In this document: positions 63,472 to 64,000 of the stretch, piece by piece
Numbering within the stretch: the first letter of the stretch is position 1
How the letters are laid out: every line of letters starts with the position of its first letter
Translations under genes and position numbers: made by a program
Notes under the pieces: model-generated
Database searches by the model: none
The model's input: the letters and a program-made list of their open reading frames with translations, nothing else
What the model was told of the DNA's origin: nothing
DNA from: Patescibacteria group bacterium
GTDB taxonomy: Bacteria; Patescibacteriota; Patescibacteriia; Magasanikbacterales; GWA2-37-8
Direction of reading: 5' to 3'
Length of the DNA: 64,000 nucleotides
NCBI GenBank assembly: GCA_041651015.1
Contig: JBAZKA010000004.1
Span: 1,010-65,009 of the forward strand

Positions 63472-64000
63472 TTATTCAACAGTAACACTTTTCGCTAAAT
63501 TCCTCGGACGGTCAACGTCGCGCCCCAAAGCCACGGCTGTGTGATACGCAAATAATTGCAAAGGAACCGTATTCACCAGCGGTTCAAGTAATTCCATGGT
63601 TGGTGGAACATAAATCACATCATCGGCAAGATTTTTCACTTCGGCATCACCCTCGGTGGCAAGCAAAATAATCGGAGCATGGCGCGCTTTCACTTCCTCA
63701 ATATTGCTTCTCATTTTTTCGTAAAGCTGGTTTTTCGTCATAATGGCAAAAACCGGAAACTCGGGCGAGAGTAAAGCAATCGGTCCATGTTTCATTTCCC
63801 CGCCCGGATAGGCCTCGCTGTGAACATAGCTCACTTCTTTTAATTTGAGCGAGCCCTCCAGGGCCACGGGATAATTCACACCGCGCCCGAGGAAAAAATA
63901 ATTTTTATACTTTAAATATTTTTCCGCGATTATCTTTATCTGTTCTGATTGATTTAATACCATCATCATCTTGTCTGGAATTTCCAACAAAGCGGTAATC
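63472..64000 (-). CDS. glmS: Glutamine--fructose-6-phosphate aminotransferase, C-terminal SIS domain (5' part beyond window end)
   Basis: Canonical GlmS C-terminus ...HTAVALGRDVDRPRNLAKSVTVE. The 172-aa ORF in the track starts at an internal Met. The reading frame is open to the window edge. Confidence 0.85.
   Translation of the reverse strand, partial: ITALLEIPDKMMMVLNQSEQIKIIAEKYLKYKNYFFLGRGVNYPVALEGSLKLKEVSYVHSEAYPGGEMKHGPIALLSPEFPVFAIMTKNQLYEKMRSNIEEVKARHAPIILLATEGDAEVKNLADDVIYVPPTMELLEPLVNTVPLQLFAYHTAVALGRDVDRPRNLAKSVTVE

Noticed and set aside
63990-63990. Met at 63990 as the glmS start
   Set aside because: GlmS is ~600 aa and the frame stays open to the window edge. This Met is internal (start of the SIS-domain region).

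Overview
This 64-kb window looks like a segment of a small-genome, moderately AT-rich bacterium. Gene content and architecture suggest Patescibacteria/CPR or a related Gram-positive-like lineage; this is an inference only.

Most of the window is a housekeeping backbone: trxA, infB, truB, rny, two HU paralogs, metK, tsaD, mutM, dnaE, pheS/pheT, rseP, lemA/htpX, clpC-like, radA, recG, a FemAB-family gene, yvcK and a partial glmS. There are three tRNAs (Glu-TTC, Met-CAT, Arg-CCG) and several readable sigma70-type promoters and intrinsic terminators.

Accessory or unusual content, in order of interest:

1. A six-gene minus-strand cell-surface operon (39044->30469). It encodes a 1592-aa membrane-anchored giant protein whose C-terminal ~150 aa is homologous to a separately encoded 170-aa secreted protein (WxL-like/TasA-like module). 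It also encodes a signal-peptide/C-terminal-TM protein, a dockerin-bearing Cys-rich secreted protein and a cohesin-domain membrane protein.

2. At least 2499 aa of an even larger minus-strand gene (7498-><1). It encodes a tail-fibre/YadA-head-like beta-roll repeat protein with near-identical ~1.07-kb tandem modules.

3. A GxxExxY (PD-(D/E)XK) gene cassette bounded by inverted arrays of TACGAAA heptamers, inserted exactly between lemA and htpX. An empty copy of the same inverted repeat sits between infB and trxA, and a variant sits after radA.

4. A second dispersed repeat family (AACTTTAYAA units) in four 5'-UTR/promoter regions.

5. GC-rich islets carrying small strong-SD genes.

6. A strong promoter driving a ~65-nt hairpin-terminated leader.

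7. tRNA-Met abutting the tsaD start codon.

No CRISPR array and no rRNA were seen.
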